Part shown: piece by piece, positions 42,376-58,470 of the stretch | How positions within the stretch are numbered: the first letter of the stretch is position 1 | Layout of the letters: every line of letters starts with the position of its first letter | Source of the DNA: the human T2T-CHM13v2.0 reference genome, Homo sapiens | Assembly: GCF_009914755.1 (NCBI RefSeq) | Contig: NC_060940.1 | Direction: 5' to 3' (one strand) | DNA: 64,000 nt | Program-made: the position numbers and the translations under genes | Notes under the pieces: generated by a model | The model's database searches: none | Told to the model about the DNA's origin: nothing | The model's input: the letters and a program-made list of their open reading frames with translations, nothing else

Positions 42376-45300
42376 CTATTTGTGTCCCTTAGATGGTTCC
42401 ACATGATTCCATTTCATGATGATACTATTTGAGCCCATCCAATGATTCCCTTCGATTCCATTCGATGAGGATTCCATTCGATTCAATTCATTGGTGATTC
42501 TATTCAATTCAATTCTTTGATTCCATTCCATTCCATTCGACAATGATTCCATTCGATTTCTTTCGATGATTCCACTCGATTCCACTTGATATTGATTCCA
42601 TTCGATTCCATTCAATGATTCCGTTTCATTCCAGTGGATGATGATTGCCATCGATTCCATTCGATCACTCCATTCTATTCCATTTGATGATGATTACATT
42701 CGATTCCATTTGATGATTCCATCTGATTCTATTCGAGGATTCCATTTGATTCCATTCGATGATGATTCCATTCGAGTGCATTCGATGATTTCATTCGAGT
42801 ACATCCAATGATTCCATTCGAGTCCATTTGATGATTCCATTTGATTCCATTTGATTATGATTCTACTAGAGTCCATTCAATGACTCCATTCGAATCCATT
42901 CTACAATTCCATTCGAGGCCATTCGATGATTCCATTTCATGATTCCATTCGAGTCCATTTAATCATTACAGTCGAGTCCATTTGGTGATTCCACTGGATT
43001 TCTTTTGATAATGATACCATTCAATTACATTTGATGATGATCCCATTCAATTTCATTTGATGGTGATTCCATTAGAGTCCATTCGATGATTTCATTCGAG
43101 TCCCTTCATTGATTCCATCCGATTTCATTGGATGATGACTCCATTCGAGTCCATTCGATGATTCCACTCGATTCCATTAGATGATTCCATTGGAGTCCAT
43201 TTGATTGTTCCATTCGATTCTATTCGATTCCTTTCGAAGATTATTCCATTTGAGTCCATTCGATGATGATTCCATTCCATTCCATTCGATGATTCCGTTT
43301 GATTCCATTCGATGATTCCCTTCGATTCCTTTCTTTGATGATTCCATTCCATTCCATTCAATGATTCCATTCGAATCTATTCCATGATGATTCCTTTCGA
43401 TTCCATTCGCTGATGTTTCCGTTCAATTCCATTCGATGATGATTCCATTCGATTCCATTCATTGAGGATTCCATTGGATTCCATTCCATGATGATTCCAT
43501 TCTATTCCATTCAATGATTGCATTCAATTCCATTCAATGATTATCCCATTAGAGTAAACTCAACGATTCCATTCAATACCATTCGATGATGATTCCTTTT
43601 GAGTCCATTCAATGATTTCATTCAAGTCCATTTGATGATTCCTTTCAATTCCATTCTATGATGATTCCATTCGAGTCCATTCGATGATTCCATTCGATTG
43701 CATTCGATGATTCCATTATATTCCAGTCAACGATGATTCCATTCGAGTCCATTCGATGATTCCATTAGAGTACATTTAATGATTGCTTTGTTTTCAATTC
43801 GAAGATGATTACATTGGATTCCATTCTATGATACCATTCGATTCCATTCAATGATGATTCCACTCAAATCCATTGGATGATTCCATTCGTGTCCATTCGG
43901 TGATTTCATTAGATTCCATTCGAGGATGATTCCATTCGATTCCATTCGATGATTCCATTCAATTCCATTCGATGATGATTCCATTCCAGTCCATATGATC
44001 ATTCCATTTGATTTCATTCGATGATGATTCCATTCGATTCCATTCGATGATTCCATTCTATTCCATTCGATGATGATTCCATTCGAGTCCATTCGATGAT
44101 TCCATTCGAGTCCATTTAATGATTCCATTGGGTTCAATTCAATGATGATTACATTGGATTCCGTTCTATGATTCCATTCAATTCCGTTCATTGACAATTT
44201 GATTCCATTCGATGATGATTCCATTTGAGTTCATTCGATGATTCTATTCGATTCTCTTCGATGGTGATTCAATTCTATTATATTGGATGATTCCATTCGA
44301 TTCCATTTGATGTTGATTCAATTCGATTCTATTCGATGATGATTCCATTGGATTTCACTTGATGATTCTATTCGATTCCATTCAATGATGATTCACTTCT
44401 CGTCCATTGGATGATTCCATTTCATTCCATTCGATGATGATTCCATTCGATTCCATTCGATGATTCCATTTGATTCCATGCGTCGGTGAGCAATTCGATT
44501 CAATTCCATGATGATTCTATTTGATTCAATTAGATGATGTTTCCATTCGAATCCATTCCATGATTATTCCATTGGAATCCATTCGGCGATGATTCCATAT
44601 GAGTCAATTCAATGATGATTCCATATGTGTCCGTTCGATGATAATTCCATTTGATTTCATTCGGTGCTTCTATTCAATTCCAGTCGATGATGATTCCGTT
44701 GGAGTCCATACGATGATTCCATTTGATTTCATTTGATGATGATTCCATTCGATGATGATTACATTGGATTCCATTCTATGATTCCATTCAATTCCATTCG
44801 TTGATGATTCGATTCCATTCAATGATGATTCCATTTGAGTTCATTCGATGATTCTATTCGATTCCGTTCGATGGTGATTCAATTCTCTTATATTGGATGA
44901 ATCCACTCGATTCCATTTGATGATTATTCCATTGGAGTCCACTTAGTGAATCCTTCAGATTCTACTCGAAGATGATTCCATTCAAGTCCATTCGATGATA
45001 CCATTCAATTCCATTCGTTGATGCTTCCATTCAAGTGCATTCGATGATATCATTCGATTCCATTTGATGATAATTCCATTTGATTCCATGCGATGATTCT
45101 ATTCGATTCCATTCAATGATAATTCCATTCAGTTCAGTGATTCCTCTGGACTCCATTTGATGATGATTCCATTCAATGATTCCATTCGATTCTATTCGAA
45201 AATGATTCCATTTGAATCCATTTGATGATGATTCCATTAGATTCCATTTGATGATTCCATTCGATTCCATGCGACGATGATTCCATTCGATTCCATGTGA

Positions 45301-48300
45301 TGATTCCATTCTATTCTATTCGATGATGATTCCATTCGATTCCATTCGATGATGATTGGATTCGATTCCATTTGATGATTTCATTTGATTCCATTCGTTA
45401 ATGATTTCGATCAATTCCATTCGATGATTCCATTCGATTCCATTCGATAATGATTACATCCGTGTCCATTCAGTGATTCCATTTGAGCCTGTTCGATAAT
45501 TCCATTTGAGTCCAACCAATGATTCCATTCATTTCCATTCAATGATTCCATTCGAGTCCATTTGATCATTCCGGTAGGGTCCATTCGATGTTGATTCCAT
45601 TGGAGTGCATTCGATGAATCCATTCGAGTCCATTTTACGATTTGATTCGAGTCCTTTCGATGATTCCATTCGATTCCACTCGATGATGATTTCATTCGAG
45701 TCCATTCGACACTTCCAATCGATTCCATTTGATGTTTCCATTCGAGTCCAATTGATGATTCCATTCAATTCCATTCGATGATGATTCCATACGATTCCAT
45801 TCTGTGATGATTCCATGTGATTGCATTCAATGATGATTCCTTTAGATTGCATTCGATTGTGATTCATTTCGTCTTCATTCTATGGTTCCACAGGTTTCCA
45901 TTCGTGTCCATTCCATTATTCCATTCTATTCCATTTGATGATGATTCCATTCGATTCCATTCATTGGTGATTCCACTCAATTCCATTCAATGATTCCATT
46001 CCATTTCTTTCAGCAATGATTCCATTAGTTTCTAATCGATGATCCACTTGATTCCATTTGACGACAATTCCATTCTTGTCCATTCGATGATTCCATTTGA
46101 TTCCATATGATGATGATTCCATTCGATTCCATACCATGATGATTCCATTCGAGTCCATTCAATGGTGATTCCATTCAATTCCATTCGATGATTCCTTTCG
46201 ATTCCATTCGATGATGATGGCATTCGATTCCTTTCAATCATTCCCTTTGATTCCATTCAAAGGTGATTTCATTCAAGTCCATTCGATAATTGCATTCGAT
46301 TCCATTCTATGATGATTCCATTCGAGTCCATTTGATGATTCCATTCAATTCAAGTCAATGATGATTCCATTCGATTCCATTCGATGATTCCATTGGATTC
46401 CATTCGATGATGATTCCATTCAAATCCATTCGATAATTCAATTCAAGTCCATTCGATGATGATTCCAATCGAATCCATTCAAAGATTCCATTCAGTTCCA
46501 TTCGATGATAACCTTAGATTCCATTCGATGATTCCACTTGTTTCCATTTACGATGATTCCATTCGATTCCATGTGATGATTCCATTCAATTCTATTCAAT
46601 GCTGTTTCCATTTGATTCCATTCGACCATGATTGCCTTTGATTCCATTCAATGACTGTATTCGGTTCCTTTTGATGATGATTCCGTTCGATTCCATTTCA
46701 TTATTCCATTTGATTCCATTGGATGAGTCCATTCGATTACATTCGATGATTATTCCATTCGAGTGCATTAGATGATTCCATTCGAGTCCATTCGATGATT
46801 CCATTCGATTCCATTCGATGTTGATTCTGTTCAAATCCATTCGATGATTCCACTCGATTCCATTCGATGACTCCAGTTGATCCCATTCGATGATTTCCTT
46901 TGATTCCCTTTGATGATCATTCCATTTGATTCAATTCGGTGATTTCATTTGATTCCATTCAGTGATGTTTCCATTCGACTCCATTCGATGATGATTCCAT
47001 TCGACTCCATTCGATTATGATTTCATTCAATTCCATTCGATAATGATTCCCTTCGAGTCCATTCGATGATTCCATTCGATTCCATTCAACGATGATTTGA
47101 TTCGTGTCCATTCGATGATTCCATTTGATTCCACTTGATGATGATTCCATTCGAGTCCATTTGATGATTCCATTCAATTCCATTCTCCGATGATTTCTTT
47201 TGAGCCCATTCAATGCTTCCACTCGATTCCATATGATGATGACTCCATTCGATGAAATTCGATGATGATTCCATTCGCTTGCATTCGATGATGATTCCAC
47301 TTGAGTCCATTAGAAAATTCTATTCAATTACATTCCATGACGATTCCGTTCGAGTCCATTTGATGATTCCATTAGACTCCATTCGACGATGATTCCATTC
47401 GATGTTATTCGATGATTCCATTCGATCTCATTTGATGATGATTCCATTCAACTCCATTCGATGTTTCCATTCGAGTTCATTCTATTATTCCATTAGATTC
47501 CATTCGATGATGATTCCATTCGATTCCATTTGATGATTGCATTCTATTTCATTTGATGATGATTCCATTCGAGTCCACTCGATGATTCCATTCGAGTCCA
47601 TTTAATGAATCCATTGGTTTCAATTCTATGATGATTACATTGGATTCCATTCGTTGATGATTTCATTCGGTTCCATTCAATGATGATTCCATTCAATTCC
47701 TTTCAATGTTTCCATTCAATTCCATACGATGATGATTCCATTTGATTTGATTCGACAGTGAGCCATTCGATTCAATTCCATGATGATTCTATTTGATTCA
47801 ATTGGTTGACATTTCCATTCGATTCCATTCGATGATGATTCCATTTGATTCCATTCAAAGATGATTCCATTCTAGCCCATTCAATCATTCCATTCGATTC
47901 TATTCAATGATGATTCCATTCATGTCGATTTGGTGATTCCATTTGACTTCATTTGATGATGATTCCCTTCAAGTTCATTAGATGATTCCATTCGATTCCA
48001 TTTGATGATGATCCCATTCGAGTCCATTCAGTGATTCCACTCGTTTCCATTCCATGATGATTCCATTCCATTCCATTCAATGATTCCATTCGATTCCGTT
48101 TGATGATGATTTCATTCGAGTCCATTTGATGATTCCATTTGATTCCATTCGATGATGATTCCATTCGAGTCCATTCGATGATTCTATTCGAATCCATTTG
48201 ATGATTTCTTTTGATTATAGTTGGTGATGATTCCATTGGAGTCCATTCAATGATTCCATTCGATTCCAATCGATGGTGATTCCATTAGAGTCCATTTAAT

Positions 48301-51300
48301 GATTCCATTTGATTCCAGTCTCTGATGATTACATTCGAGTCCATACGATGATTCCACTCAATTCCATATGATGATGATTCCATTCGATTCCATTCGATGA
48401 TTCCATCCTATTCTATTCAATGGTGATTCCATTCGAGTACATTAGATGATTCCATTCGATTCCATTCAATGATGATTCTATTTGTGTCCCTTAGATGATT
48501 CCACATGATTCCATTAGATGATGATACTATTTGAGCCCATCCAATGATTCCCTTCGATTCCATTCGATGAGGATTCCATTCGATTCAATTCATTGGTGAT
48601 TCTATTCAATTCAATTCTTTGATTCCATTCCATTCCATTCGACAATGATTCCATTCGATTTCTTTCGATGATTCCACTCGATTCCACTTGACATTGATTC
48701 CCTTCGATTCCATTCAATGATTCCATTTGATTCCAGTGGATGATGATTGCCATCGATTCCATTCGATCACTCCATTCTATTCCATTTGATGATGATTACA
48801 TTCGATTCCATTTGACGATTCCATCTGATTCTATTCGAGGATTCCATTTGATTCCATTCGATGATGATTCCATTCGAGTCCATTCGATGATTTCATTCGA
48901 GTACATCCAATGATTCCATTCGAGTCCATTTGATGATTCCATTTGATTCCATTTGATAATGATTCTACTAGAGTCCATTCAATGACTCCATTCGAGTCCA
49001 TTCAACAATTCCATTCGACTCCATTTGATGATTCCATTCGATTCCATTTGATGATTCCATTCGAGTCCATTTAATCATTACAGTCGAGTCCATTTGGTGA
49101 TTCCACCGGATTTCTTTTGATAATGATACCATTCAATTACATTTGATGATGATCCCATTCAATTTCATTTGATGATGATTCCATTAGAGTCCATTCGATG
49201 ATTTCATTCGAGTCCCTTCATTGATTCCATCCGATTTCATTGGATGATGACTCCATTCGAGTCCATTCGATGATTCCACTCGATTCCATTAGATGATTCC
49301 ATTGGAGTCCATTTGATTGTTCCATTCGATTCCATTCGATTCCTTTCGAAGATTATTCCATTTGAGTCCATTCGATGATGATTCCATTCCATTCCATTCG
49401 ATGATTCCGTTTGATTCCATTCGATGATTCCCTTCGATTCCTTTCTTTGATGATTCCATTCCATTCCATTCAATGATTCCATTCGAATCTATTCCATGAT
49501 GATTCCTTTCGATTCCATTCGCTGATGTTTCCGTTCAATTCCATTCGATGATGATTCCATTCGATTCCATTCATTGAGGATTCCATTTGATTCCATTAAA
49601 TGATGATTCCGTTCTATTCCATTCAATGATTGCATTCAATTCCATTCAATGATTATCCCCTTAGAGTAAACTCAACGATTCCATTCAATACCATTCGATG
49701 ATGATTCCTTTTGAGTCCATTCAATGATTTCATTCAAGTCCATTTGATGATTCCTTTCAATTCCATTCTATGATGATTCCATTCGAGTCCATTCGATGAT
49801 TCCATTCGATTGCATTCGATGATTCCATTATATTCCAGTCAACGATGATTCCATTCGAGTCCATTCGATGATTCCATTAGAGTACATTTAATGATTGCTT
49901 TGTTTTCAATTCGAAGATGATTACATTGGATTCCATTCTATGATACCATTCGATTCCATTCAATGATGATTCCACTCAAATCCATTGGATGATTCCATTC
50001 GTGTCCATTCGGTGATTTCATTAGATTCCATTCGAGGATGATTCCATTCGATTCCATTCGATGATTCCATTCAATTCCATTCGATGATGATTCCATTCCA
50101 GTCCATATGATCATTCCATTTGATTTCATTCGATGATGATTCCATTCGATTCCATTCGATGATTCCATTCTATTCCATTCGATGATGATTCCATTCGAGT
50201 CCATTCGATGATTCCATTCGAGTCCATTTAATGATTCCATTGGGTTCAATTCAATGATGATTACATTGGATTCCGTTCTATGATTCCATTCAATTCCGTT
50301 CATTGACAATTTGATTCCATTCGATGATGATTCCATTTGAGTTCATTCGATGATTCTATTCGATTCTCTTCGATGGTGATTCAATTCTATTATATTGGAT
50401 GATTCCATTCGATTCCATTTGATGTTGATTCAATTCGATTCTATTCGATGATGATTCCATTGGATTTCACTTGATGATTCTATTCGATTCCATTCAATGA
50501 TGATTCACTTCTCGTCCATTGGATGATTCCATTTCATTCCATTCGATGATGATTCCATTCGATTCCATTCGATGATTCCATTTGATTCCATGCGACGGTG
50601 AGCAATTCGATTCAATTCCATGATGATTCTATTTGATTCAATTAGATGATGTTTCCATTCGAATCCATTCCATGATTATTCCATTGGAATCCATTTGGCG
50701 ATGATTCCATATGAGTCAATTCAATGATGATTCCATATGGGTCCGTTCGATGATAATTCCATTTGATTTCATTCGATGCTTCTATTCAATTCCAGTCGAT
50801 GATGATTCCGTTGGAGTCCATACGATGATTCCATTTGATTTCATTTGATGATGATTCCATTCGATGATGATTACATTGGATTCCATTCTATGATTCCATT
50901 CAATTCCATTCGTTGATGATTCGATTCCATTCAATGATGATTCCATTTGAGTTCATTCGATGATTCTATTCGATTCCGTTCGATGGTGATTCAATTCTCT
51001 TATATTGGATGATTCCACTCGATTCCATTTGATGATTATTCCATTGGAGTCCACTTAGTGAATCCTTTAGATTCTACTCGAAGATGATTCCATTCGAGTC
51101 CATTCAATGATACCATTCAATTTCATTCGTTGATGCTTCCATTCAAGTGCATTCGATGATATCATTCGATTCCATTTGATGATAATTCCATTTGATTCCA
51201 TGCGATGATTCTATTCGATTCCATTCAATGATAATTCCATTCAATTCAGTGATTCCTCTGGACTCCATTTGATGATGATTCCATTCAATGATTCCATTCG

Positions 51301-54300
51301 ATTCTATTCCAAAATGATTCCATTTGAATCCATTTGATGATGATTCCATTAGATTCCATTTGATGATTCCATTCGATTCCATTTGACGATGATTCCATTC
51401 GATTCCATTTGATGATTCCATTCTATTCTATTCGATGATGATTCCATTCGATTCCATTTGATGATGATTGGATTCGATTCCATTTGATGATTTCATTTGA
51501 TTCCATTCGTTAATGATTTCGATCAACTCCATTCGATGATTCCATTTGATTCCATTCGATAATGATTACATCCGAGTCCATTCGATGATTCCATTTGAGC
51601 CCGTTCGATAATTCCATTTGAGTCCAATCAATGATTCCATTCATTTCCATTCAATGATTCCATTCGAGTCCATTTGATCATTCTGGTAGGGTCCGTTCGA
51701 TGTTGATTCCATTGGAGTGCATTCGATGATTCCATTCGAGTCCATTATATGATTTGATTCGAGTCCTTTCGATGATTCCATTCGATTCCACTCGATGATG
51801 ATTTCATTCGAGTCCATTCGACACTTCCAATCGATTCCATTTGATGTTTCCATTCGAGTCCAATTGATGATTCCATTCAATTCCATTCGATGATGATTCC
51901 GTACGATTCCATTCTGTGATGATTCCATGTGATTGCATTCAATGATGATTCCTTTCGACTGCATTCGATTATGATTCATTTCGTGTTCATTCTATGGTTC
52001 CACAGGTTTCCATTCGATGACGTTTCCGTTCGTGTCCATTCCATTATTCCATTCTATTTCATTTGATGATGATTCCATTCGATTCCATTCATTGGTGATT
52101 CCACTCAATTCCATTCAATGATTCCATTCCATTTCTTTCAACAATGATTCCATTAGTTTCTATTCGATGATCCACTTGATTCCATTTGGCGATGATTCCA
52201 TTCGTGTCCATTCGATGATTCCATTTGATTCCATATGATGATGATTCCATTCGATTCCATACCATGATGATTCCATTCGAGTCCATTCAATGGTGATTCC
52301 ATTCAATTCCATTCGATGATTCCTTCCGATTCCATTCGATGATGATGGCATTCGATTCCTTTCAATCATTCCCTTTCATTCCATTCAAAGGTGATTTCAT
52401 TCAAGTCCATTCGATAATTGCATTCGATTCCATTCTATGATGATTCCATTCGAGTCCATTTGATGATTCCATTCAATTCAAGTCAATGATGATTCCATTC
52501 GATTCCACTCGATGATTCCATTGGATTCCATTCGATGATGATTCCATTCAAATCCATTCGATAATTCAATTCAAGTCCATTCGATGATGATTCCAATCGA
52601 ATCCATTCAAAGATTCCATTCAATTCCATTCGATGATGATTCCCTTAGATTCCATTCGATGATTCCACTTGATTCCATTTACGATGATTCCATTCGATTC
52701 CATGTGATGAATCCATTCAATTCTATTCAATGATGTTTCCATTTGATTCCATTGGACCATGATTGCCTTTGATTCCATTCAATGATTCCATTCGGTTCCA
52801 TTTGATGATGATTCCGTTCGATTCCATTTCATTATTCCATTTGATTCCATTGGATGAGTCCATTCGATTACATTTGATGATTATTCCATTCGAGTGCATT
52901 AGATGATTGCATTCGAGTCCATTCGATGATTCCATTCGATTCCATTCGATGTTGATTCTGTTCAAATCCATTCGATGATTCCACTCGATTCCATTCGATG
53001 ACTCCATTTGATCCCATTCGATGATTTCCTGTGATTCCCTTTGATGATCATTCTATTTGATTCAATTCGGTGATTTCATTTCATTCCATTCAGTGATGTT
53101 TCCATTCGACTGTATTCGATGATGATTCCATTCGACTCCATTCGATTATGATTTCATTCAATTCCATTCAATAATGATTCCCTTCGAGTCCATTCGATGA
53201 TTCCATTCGATTCCATTCAACGATGATTTGATTCGTGTCCATTCGATGATTCCATTTGATTCCACTTGATGATGATTCCATTCGAGTCCATTTGATGATT
53301 CCATTCGAGTCTATTTATGTATTATATTCGTGTCCACTTCATGATTCCATTCAATTCAATTTAATGTTGATTCCATTTGATTCCATTTGATGATTCAGTT
53401 CGATTCCTTGCAATGATTCCCTACGATTCCTTTCTATGATGATTCCATTCGATTCCATTCATTGATGATTTCATTCGACTCCATTCGATGATGATTCCTT
53501 TCGATTCCATTTGACGATGTTTCCATTCGAGTCCATTTGATGATGATTCTATTCAATTCTGTTCTATTATGATTCCATTCGATTTCATTCAATGCTTCTA
53601 TTTGATTCCATTCGATGATGATTCCATCTCTTTCCCTTCGATGATTCCATTTGATTCCATTCAGTGATGATTCCATTTGATTCCATCTGATGATGATTTC
53701 ACTTGATTCCTTTCAATGATGATTCAATTCAAGTCCATTCGATGATTCCATTGGAGTCCAAACGATCATTCCGTTCGATTCCATTCAATGGTGATTCCAT
53801 TCATGTCCATTCGATGAATCCATTCAATTCCATTCGATGATGACTCCATTCGAGTACATTCGATGATTCCATTTGATTCCATTTGAAGATGATTCCATTC
53901 AATTCCATTCGAAGATGATTCCATTCAATTCCATTCGATGATGATTCCGTATGAATCCATTCTCTGATTATTCCATTCGATTCCATTCATTGACGATTCC
54001 ATTCAATTCCATTCAATGATGATTCTCTTCTATTCCATTCGATGATTCCGGTCGATTCCATTCGATGATGATTCCATTAGATTCCATTCGATTGTTGCAT
54101 TCGATTCCCTTCGATGATGATTCCTTTGAATTCCATTCGATTATCATTCCGTATGAATCCATTTGATGATTATTCCATTGGATTCCTTTCGATGATGATT
54201 CCATTCGATTCCATTTGATGATGTTTCTCTTGTATTCCATTGGATAATTCCTTTCAGTTCCCTTCGATGATTATTCTTTCGAGTCAATTCGATGATTCTA

Positions 54301-57300
54301 TTCCATTCCCTTCGATGATGATTCCATTTCACTCCATTTGATGATTCCATTCGACTCAATTTGGTGATGATTCAATTCGATGACATTCGATGACTCCATT
54401 CAATTTCATTTGATGATGATTACATTCGAGTCCATTTGATGATTGTATTCCTTTCCTTTTGATGATTATTCCATTCGTGTCTATTCAAAGGTTCCATTCT
54501 ATTCCATTCAATGATGATTGCATTTGATTCCATTCAATGATTATGGCTATCGATTCCACTCGTTGATTCCATTTGATTCCGTTCGATGATTATTCCGTTA
54601 GATTCCATTAGAAGATTCCATTCGATTTTATTCAATGATTCCAATGGATTCCATTCAATGATGATTCCATTCGACACCATTCAGTGATTCCATTCGAGTC
54701 CATTTGATGATTCCATTCTTTTCCATTTGATGATGATTCCATTAGGGTCCATTCAATGATTCCATTCGAGTCCATTCGTTAATGCCTTTCGAGTCCTTTT
54801 GATCACTACATTCGAGTCCATTCAATGATTCTATTCGATTCCATTCCATGATGATTCCATTCGAGTTCATTCGATGATTGCATTCGAGTCCATTTGATGA
54901 TTCCATATGATTCCCTTCGACAATGATTCCATTCGTGTCCATTTGATGATTCCATTCATTTCCTATCGATGAAGATTCCATTCAAGTGTATTCGATGATT
55001 CCATTCAAATCCATTCGATGATGATTCCATTCCAGTCCATTCGATCATTCCACTTGATTCCATTTGATGACTATTCCATTCAAATCCATTTGATGATTCC
55101 ATTCGATTCCATTCGATGTTACCATTCGAGTATATACGATGATTCCACTCGATTCCATTTGATGATTATTCCATTGGAGTCCACTTAGTGAATCCTTTAG
55201 ATTCTACTCGAAGATGATTCCATTCGAGTCCATTCGATGATACCATTCAATTCCATTCGTTGATGCTTCCATTCAAGTGCATTCGATGATATCATTCGAT
55301 TCCATTTGATGATAATTCCATTTGATTCCATGCGATGATTCTATTCGATTCCATTCAATGATAATTCCATTCAATTCAGTGATTCCTCTGGACTCCATTT
55401 GATGATGATTCCATTCAATGATTCCATTCGATTCTATTCGAAAATGATTCCATTTGAATCCATTTGATGATGATTCCATTGGATTCCATTTGATGATTCC
55501 ATTCGATTCCATTCGACGATGATTCCATTCGATTCCTTTTGATGATTCCATTCTATTGTATTCGATGATGATTCCATTCGATTCCATTCGATGATGATTG
55601 GATTCGATTCCATTTGATGATTTCATTTGATTCCATTCGATAATGATTTCGATCAATTCCATTCGATGATTCCATTCGATTCCATTCGATAATGATTACA
55701 TCCGAGTCCATTCGATGATTCCATTGGAGCCCGTTCGATAATTCCATTTGAGTCCAATCAATGATTCCATTCATTTCCATTCAATGATTCCATTCGAGTC
55801 CATTTGATCATTCCGGTAGGGTCCGTTCGATGTTGATTCCATTGGAGTGCATTCGATGATTCCATTCGAGTCCATTTTAGGATTTGATTCGAGTCCTTTC
55901 GATGATTCCATTCGATTCCACTCGATGATTTCATTCGAGTCCATTCGACACTTCCAATCGATTCCATTTGATGTTTCCATTCGATTCCAATTGATGATTC
56001 CATTCAATTCCATTCGATGATGATTCCGTACGATTCCATTCTGTGATGATTCCATGTGATTGCATTCAATGATGATTCCTTTCGATTGCATTCGATTATG
56101 ATTCATTTCGTGTTCATTCTATGGTTCCACAGGTTTCCATTCGATGATGTTTCCATTCGTGTCCATTCCATTATTCCATTCTATTCCATTTGAAGATGAT
56201 TCCATTCGATTCCATTCATTGGTGATTCCACTCAATTCCATTCAATGATTCCATTCCGTTTCTTTCAACAATGATTCCATTAGTTTCTATTCGATGATCC
56301 ACTTGATTCCATTTGACGATGATTCCATTCGTGTCCATTCGATGATTCCATTTGATTCCATATGATGATGATTCTATTCGATTCCATACGATGATGATTC
56401 CATTCGAGTCCATTCAATGGTGATTCCATTCAATTCCATTCGATGATTCCTTTCGATTCCATTCAATGATGATGGCATTCGATTCCTTTCAATCATTCCC
56501 TTTGATTCCATTCAAAGGTGATTTCATTCAAGTCCATTCGATAATTGCATTCGATTCCATTCTATGATGATTCCATTCGAGTCCATTTGATGATTCCATT
56601 CAATTCAAGTCAATGATGATTCCATTCGATTCCACTCGATGATTCCATTGGATTCCATTCGATGATGATTCCATTCAAATCCATTCGATAATTCAATTCA
56701 AGTCCATTCGATGATGATTCCAATCGAATCCATTCAAAGATTCCACTCAATTCCATTCGATGATGATTCCCTTAGATTCCATTCGATGATTCCACTTGAT
56801 TCCATTTACGATGATTCCATTCGATTCCATGTGATGATTCCATTCAATTCTATTCAATGATGTTTCCACTTGATTCCATTCGAACATGATTGCCTTTGAT
56901 TCCATTCAATGATTCCATACGGTTCCATTTGATGATGATTCCATTCGAGTGCATTAGATGATTCCATTCGAGTCCATTCGATGATTCCATTCGATTCCAT
57001 TCGATGTTGATTCTGTTCAAATCCATTCGATGATTCCACTCGATTCCATTCGATGACTCCATTTGATCCCATTCGATGATTTCCTTTGATTCCCTTTGAT
57101 GATCATTCCATTTGATTCAATTCGGTGATTTCATTTGATTCCATTCAGTGATGTTTCCATTCAACTCCTTTCGATGATGATTCCATTCGACTCCATTCGA
57201 TTATGATTTCATTCAATTCCATTCGATAATGATTCCCTTCAAGTCCATTCGATGATTCCATTCGATTCCATTCAACGATGATTTGATTCGTGTCCATTCG

Positions 57301-58470
57301 ATGATTCCATTTGATTCCATTTGATGATGATTCCATTCGAGTCCCTTTGATGATTCCATTCAATTCCATTCTCCGATGATTTCTTTTGAGCCCATTCAAT
57401 GCTTCCACTCGATTCCATATGATGATGACTCCATTTGATGAAATTCCATGATGATTCCATTCGCTTGCATTCGATGATGATTCCACTTGAGTCAGTTAGA
57501 AGATTCTATTCAATTACATTCCATGACGATTCTGTTCGAGTCCATTTGATGATTCCATTAGACTCCATTCGACGATGATTCCATTCGATGTTATTCGATG
57601 ATGATTCCATTCAACTCCATTCGATGTTTCCATTCGAGTTCATTCTATTATTCCATTAGATTCCATTCGATGATGATTCCATTCGATTCCATTTGATGAT
57701 TGCATTCTATTTCATTTGATGATGATTCCATTCGAGTGCATTCGATGATTCCATTCGAGTCCATTTAATGAATCCATTGGTTTCAATTCTATGATGATTA
57801 CATTGGATTCCATTCGTTGATGATTTCATTCGATTCCATTCAATGATGATTCCATTCAATTCCATTCAATGATTCCACTCAATTCCATACGATGATGATT
57901 CCATTTGATTTGATTCGACAGTGAGCCATTCGATTCAATTCCATGATGATTCTATTTTATTCAATTGGTTGACATTTCCATTGGATTCCATTCGATGATG
58001 ATTCCCTTTGATTCCATTCAAAGATGATTCCATTCTAGCCCATTCAATCATTCCATTCGATTCTATTCAATGATGATTCCATTCATGTCGATTTGGTGAT
58101 TCCATTTGACTTCATTTGATGATGATTCCTTTCAAGTTCATTAGATGATTCCATTCGATTCCATTTGATGATGATCCCATTCGAGTCTATTCAGTGATTC
58201 CACTCGTTTCCATTCCATGATGATTCCATTCCATTCCATTCAATGATTCCATTCGATTCCGTTTGATGATGATTTCATTCGAGTCCATTTGATGATTCCA
58301 TTTGATTCCATTTGATGATGATTACATTCGAGTCCATACGATGATTCCACTCAATTCCATATGATGATGATTCCATTCGATTCCATTCGATGATTCCAGT
58401 CTATTCTATTCAATGGTGATTCCATTCGAGTACATTAGATGATTCCATTCGATTCCATTCAATGATGATT
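42376..58470 (+). repeat. 16,095-bp higher-order super-repeat, copy 2
   Basis: Landmarks 42376->58471, 43826->59921 and 46959->63054 are all +16095. Confidence 0.95.
53307..55137 (+). repeat. ~1.83-kb non-canonical HSat2 segment, copy 2
   Basis: Copy of 37212-39042 at +16095, with identical ORF translations; I noticed one substitution (~53358). Confidence 0.9.
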
